A DNA stretch of 20,348 nt. It comes from a virus (taxonomy: Duplodnaviria; Heunggongvirae; Uroviricota; Caudoviricetes). The notes beneath the pieces were generated by a model that saw only the letters and a program-made list of their open reading frames with translations, was not told the origin of the DNA and did no database searches. A program made the position numbers and the translations under genes. Shown piece after piece: positions 16,980-20,348 of this stretch (positions are counted from its first letter, which is position 1; every line of letters starts with the position of its first letter). Location of the stretch: IMG/VR virus record IMGVR_UViG_2728369592_000008; one strand, given 5' to 3'.

Positions 16980-17612
16980 TACGTCCGACCAGTACGCACA
17001 CGATGGCGGGGGATACCATGAAACTGTTCTCTACACGAGACAGAGTGGTGGTGATGTGTTGATTATCGGCGTATATGCGCACAGGACGCGCTATGACGAT
17101 GTTTTATGCGGGTACACCAATCACATGTATCTGATGTGATAAATCGTGTTACATGACATCTCATGTTGTGCTGGTGGTTATCACGACGTTCTGAATCTGG
17201 CCTTTGCCTGATATTTTGCGACAAGTACGCGCGCGTAGCATCGAAATTATCGGATGGCGTATGCTGCTGGCAATATGAAGACCGATAGTATTAACCGAAA
17301 AGCGATTAAGGAGTGCCAACTTTTCAGTAGAGAAACTAGCCAGCATAGGAAAATGTAGAAATTACCCAATTAATAGGTAAAAGTTATTGACACAGCCTGT
17401 AGTGGATAACGATATGAATAAAAACCACATATAGTGGTTTTTCGTGAGTGATGATAGTATCTATGTTAGTTTCCTAAGTAACTGTGCATTGACATGTGGA
17501 TAACTTCGGATAGAGTTACAGGCAACCGAGCCCGATCCTCTGTTTCTCCGCCGCCGATTTCAGGCATGTGAGTTTCACGGTCGGGCCTTTTATTATCTTT
17601 TGTTTCGCCACT

Positions 17613-18590
17613 ATGATTGCCGCAAAGCCTCATAAGGACTATCACGAATTGCTAGGATTGCTACTTGAACGTGGCATGATTATCAATGATCGAAATCGTG
17701 CGATACGTAAGCTGTCGCAGGTTGGATATTATCGATTGTCAGGTTTTTGGTACCCATCAAGAATTATTGCGACAACAGATAAAGGTCTTTCGTACAGAAC
17801 AGACCGATTTCTTGCTGGTACCAGTTTCGAGAAGACGTACGATCTATATCTTTTTGACAAAAAACTGCGTCTTTTGATGATTGATGCTATCGAAAGAATA
17901 GAGATTCATGTTCGTTCAGTCATCGCGCATGAGGTTGGTCGCAATGATCCACTTGCCTACATGTCATCAAAATACATTAATCCAAAATTCTCATCTGCCT
18001 TCGAGCATTGGGTGTATAAGCAAAAAGTAAAATTAGACGAAAGCAGAGATGACTGTATTGAATGGCATCGAAGCCAAGGCAAGGAGATTCCATTTTGGGT
18101 GGCGGTGGAGACCTGGGATTTTGGTCAGATGTCTAAATATTATGCGATGCTTAATGGTCATATGCAGGGGAAAATTATACGTCGTTTTGGCATTGATAAT
18201 AAGCAGACATTTGCAAAATGGTTGAAGTGCCTTAATCTCATAAGGAATCGTTGCGCTCACCATTCCAGAATATGGAATAGAAAGCATCCCCGAGTTCCAG
18301 TACCGGATAATGAATACTTTGACGGACTTAATCTCCATCCAGAGAGTTGCGAGAGGATTTTTAGCGCGATCTGTATTATCTGGTACTTAGTTAAACGACT
18401 TGGTCCGGGATCAACATGGCTTCGGCAAATTGCAGACCTTATTGACTCTAAACCAAATGTTCCCGGATGTGGATATGATTCAATGGGTTTACCTGCTAAA
18501 GGATTCCCACGAGAGAGATTCTCTCAGGACTTAGGTTTTGTTATCGCCGACAACGACCCTGTAGCTGAAGGGCGGAAAGGGAGCGATTGA
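17613..18590 (+). CDS. Abi_2-family abortive infection protein (AbiD/AbiF-like)
   Basis: Signature stretches match the family: KPHKDYHELLGLLLERGMIINDRNRAIRKLSQVGYYRLSGFWYP, LYLFDKKLRLLMIDAIERIEIHVRSVIAHEV, LIRNRCAHHSRIWNR. ATG 17613 preferred; the listed 17568 start adds 15 hydrophobic residues. Confidence 0.8.
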   Translation: MIAAKPHKDYHELLGLLLERGMIINDRNRAIRKLSQVGYYRLSGFWYPSRIIATTDKGLSYRTDRFLAGTSFEKTYDLYLFDKKLRLLMIDAIERIEIHVRSVIAHEVGRNDPLAYMSSKYINPKFSSAFEHWVYKQKVKLDESRDDCIEWHRSQGKEIPFWVAVETWDFGQMSKYYAMLNGHMQGKIIRRFGIDNKQTFAKWLKCLNLIRNRCAHHSRIWNRKHPRVPVPDNEYFDGLNLHPESCERIFSAICIIWYLVKRLGPGSTWLRQIADLIDSKPNVPGCGYDSMGLPAKGFPRERFSQDLGFVIADNDPVAEGRKGSD

Positions 18591-18619
18591 GCGATAAATA
18601 TCATTTATACACTGATCAA

Positions 18620-19060
18620 TTACTGAAGCAGCGTATTGATTCTTTTAATATTGTTACCCTGACGCTTCCACGCGCTGTAAATGTCTTTATCCCACGCTTT
18701 ACCAGCTTTTGTTTGGTAGCCTGCTTCATTGAGCCGTTCCGCTATCACACGCCCATTATCAAATCCCTGTCGGATGGTATCGGCAATGATCTTTATAACT
18801 GCCGTTTCGTTATATGGCTTTGGTGGGATGTTCGGCTTTCCGGCAATAAGCGACGCAGCGGCTTTTTCCATGCGCTCCACCAGCCCAAGCATTCGTGAAT
18901 CAATAGACTTTTCCGGCTGTCCCAGCTTCATGCGAATCGCATCAACAAGCCAGGAGGTTTTATCCCCTCCAGAAGCGAGAACAGACCGATTAAACTCATC
19001 CTGCAATTCAGATGGGATGCGGAACGCGACCAGATTAGATTTGCTCATTGCAAAGACCAT
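18620..19060 (-). CDS. Ribbon-helix-helix DNA-binding protein with C-terminal recombinase-type (catalytic-domain-less) DNA-binding module
   Basis: 146 aa; N-terminal SNLVAFRIPSELQDEFNRSVLASGGDKTSWLVDAIRMKL fits an RHH fold; C-terminal IADTIRQGFDNGRVIAERLNEAGYQTKAGKAWDKDIYSAWKRQ resembles the DNA-binding 'recombinase' domain of large serine recombinases. No clear RBS; start could be 19048. Confidence 0.55.
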   Translation of the reverse strand: MVFAMSKSNLVAFRIPSELQDEFNRSVLASGGDKTSWLVDAIRMKLGQPEKSIDSRMLGLVERMEKAAASLIAGKPNIPPKPYNETAVIKIIADTIRQGFDNGRVIAERLNEAGYQTKAGKAWDKDIYSAWKRQGNNIKRINTLLQ

Positions 19061-19077
19061 ATCAGTGAGTAATATCC

Positions 19078-19109
19078 ATACAGTATACCACTGTATAACA
19101 CTGTTATAC
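19078..19109. promoter_or_regulatory. Overlapping palindromes upstream of the RHH gene (candidate autoregulatory operators)
   Basis: ATACAGT-ATACC-ACTGTAT (19078-19096) and GTATAACA-C-TGTTATAC (19093-19109). Confidence 0.45.
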
Positions 19110-19157
19110 GCTCAAATATCAGCCAGAAAATAACGGACCAATCACAAAGCTATCGCT

Positions 19158-19286
19158 GTGTTGTTGGTTCAGAGCTGGGCTGTGTTGGTTCAAAATGAGT
19201 TGATGTTGGTTCAATATTTCAGAAAAAACACAATAAAAACAACGATCTTTACAAATTGAACCAACTGAACCAACTGAACCAACACC
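19158..19286 (-). repeat. Second iteron cluster, inverted copy of the ori cluster (crr-like cis replication site?)
   Basis: 19247-19286 is the exact reverse complement of the 40-mer at 10711-10750; three further TGTTGGTTCA copies at 19162-19215 across an AT-rich spacer. Confidence 0.6.
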
Positions 19287-19319
19287 TTTTTGCTTATCTA
19301 TATAATCTGAGAGGCAGAA

Positions 19320-19607
19320 ATGATAAGGGACAGGAAAGCTGAAGAACTGGAGTCAAAAGGGCTATACCGGAGAGCTGCCGCACGATGGGCAGAAGTCATG
19401 ATGCTGGCAGATGGCGATAAAGAACGTGAACATGCAGCAAACAGACGCTCTGAATGTATCCGTAAGGCGGCACGCCCACCAGCAACTACAGACAGATTCG
19501 GAGATTTAAGACAGGCAGTTAAGCGGACTCATTCGGCTCTTGGTATGGATGAGGAAGCGAGAGGGTATTTCAGGCGTTATCGCGATAAAGATTGCCAGAG
19601 ACAGTAA
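19320..19607 (+). CDS. PerC-family transcriptional activator-like protein
   Basis: 95 aa; N-terminal RKAEELESKGLYRRAAARWAEVM resembles PerC/Pch family activators carried on prophages; RBS GAGAGG upstream. Confidence 0.55.
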   Translation: MIRDRKAEELESKGLYRRAAARWAEVMMLADGDKEREHAANRRSECIRKAARPPATTDRFGDLRQAVKRTHSALGMDEEARGYFRRYRDKDCQRQ

Positions 19608-19868
19608 TGCTCTCTCTGTTTTGGCAAATTACCCCTCACTTTGAAGGGATCGGAGCTATAAAAATGGTGTTATCCGGCTTCCTGCATTGCAGGTTTTCGA
19701 AAGAATCAATGGGTTAGGTTATCGTGCAAATTTGCACTCTGCCAGCCAACGCAATTTCTCGTTGGCGGAAATATCAGGTATTTACTGAACGAACGGTCTA
19801 CCCGCCTGTTCAACTACCAGTTGTACATGGCTGCTTTATGTGCAAATGGTGGTGAGAGAAAATTGTTT

Positions 19869-19888
19869 GGGGGTACTTTTGGGGGTAT
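19869..19888 (+). repeat. GGGGGTACTTTTGGGGGTAT motif near attR, near-identical to the int-proximal motif at 1559-1578
   Basis: 19 of 20 positions identical to GGGGGTACTTATGGGGGTAT (1559-1578); both lie ~70-115 bp inside the island ends in the same orientation. Confidence 0.5.
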
Positions 19889-20348
19889 CTCCAAAGATGT
19901 AACTGGAAAATGTCTTTATATATCAATGTATTTTTATTGTTTGTTTTGTTCCTATTATCGCACCATTTAAATCAATAAGTTATCTCACATTTAAGTAAAC
20001 TACGTTCTCCTCTTGTGCCTTTGATTTTGCTCGCGTGCGCGGTGAAATGCCTGACTGAAAGGTGAGCATATCGACGAACCATTTCGAGAGTTTCCCATCT
20101 GCTCATTTTTAAGTGCAAGCAGGAAAACACCGGACTAAACCAATCAGCTGTTCGAAAATGGCAAGCGGATTAATATGCCATGGCGGGGCAGCTTTGAGCC
20201 GCACGCATGGGGTGTGGCAAGCCTGATGGATTTTGCTGTGCCTGTGGTGGCGTGTTTGCTGGTTTGGCTGTTGGTTAAACGCGAAAGTCATAATGCCAGG
20301 GGAATACCGCAGGGTGTTCAGGTTTTGCATAAAAAAGCCCACCATTAA

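Larger units (their letters stand above)
1429..19967. mobile_element. Integrated genomic island / satellite-like element at thrW (~18.5 kb) bounded by a direct repeat of the tRNA 3' end
   Basis: tRNA 3' end CCTATTATCGGCACCATT (1429-1446) recurs as CCTATTATCG-CACCATT at 19951-19967 (one 1-nt gap). The integrase gene lies next to the tRNA; phage-type replication, regulatory and defence-like genes lie between the repeats. Confidence 0.7.

Noticed and set aside
16744-17567. Type III toxin-antitoxin RNA repeat array or CRISPR-like array upstream of the Abi gene
   Set aside because: The repeated motif copies are irregularly spaced (tens to hundreds of bp), not tandem units of uniform length.
19078-19109. 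Possible LexA (SOS) box upstream of the RHH gene
   Set aside because: The palindromes are ACAGT-N-ACTGT type and do not match the CTGT-N8-ACAG LexA consensus.
1445-19967. Insertion sequence or transposase that might explain the 40 bp inverted repeats
   Set aside because: No ORF with recognisable transposase motifs was seen anywhere in the window, and the repeats contain iterons shared with the origin.
20175-20348. 57 aa ORF at the window edge (MPWRGSFEPHAWGVASLMDFAVPVV...) and an overlapping 78 aa reverse ORF
   Set aside because: Lies outside the island in presumed core chromosome, not recognised, and the stop coincides with the window end so context is missing; left unannotated.

Overview
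The window opens with the conserved chromosomal gene proA (1-1254) and tRNA-Thr(CGU) thrW (1369-1444). Everything from the tRNA 3' end to about 19967 reads as a single ~18.5 kb integrated element: the last ~18 nt of the tRNA (1429-1446, CCTATTATCGGCACCATT) recur as an imperfect direct repeat at 19951-19967 (CCTATTATCG-CACCATT), which I take as attL and attR. The element has a P4/PICI-like core: a tyrosine integrase next to the tRNA, an AlpA-like regulator, a run of small translationally coupled ORFs, and a large primase-helicase followed by an iteron cluster that looks like an origin. Downstream of a strong terminator lies a cargo block of five co-oriented genes whose size and order resemble a P22-like podovirus DNA-ejection cassette (memory-based, unverified). 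It is followed by a convergent, very AT-rich four-helix membrane protein gene (superinfection-exclusion-like), a repeat-rich 820 bp non-coding region, an Abi_2-family abortive-infection gene, a ribbon-helix-helix regulator, a second inverted copy of the iteron cluster, and a PerC-like activator. The stretch I would look at first for an undescribed system is the cargo between the two iteron clusters (about 11.2-19.1 kb), especially the membrane protein / Abi_2 pair and the ejection-like operon. All functional calls rest on motif recognition by eye; no database search was run.
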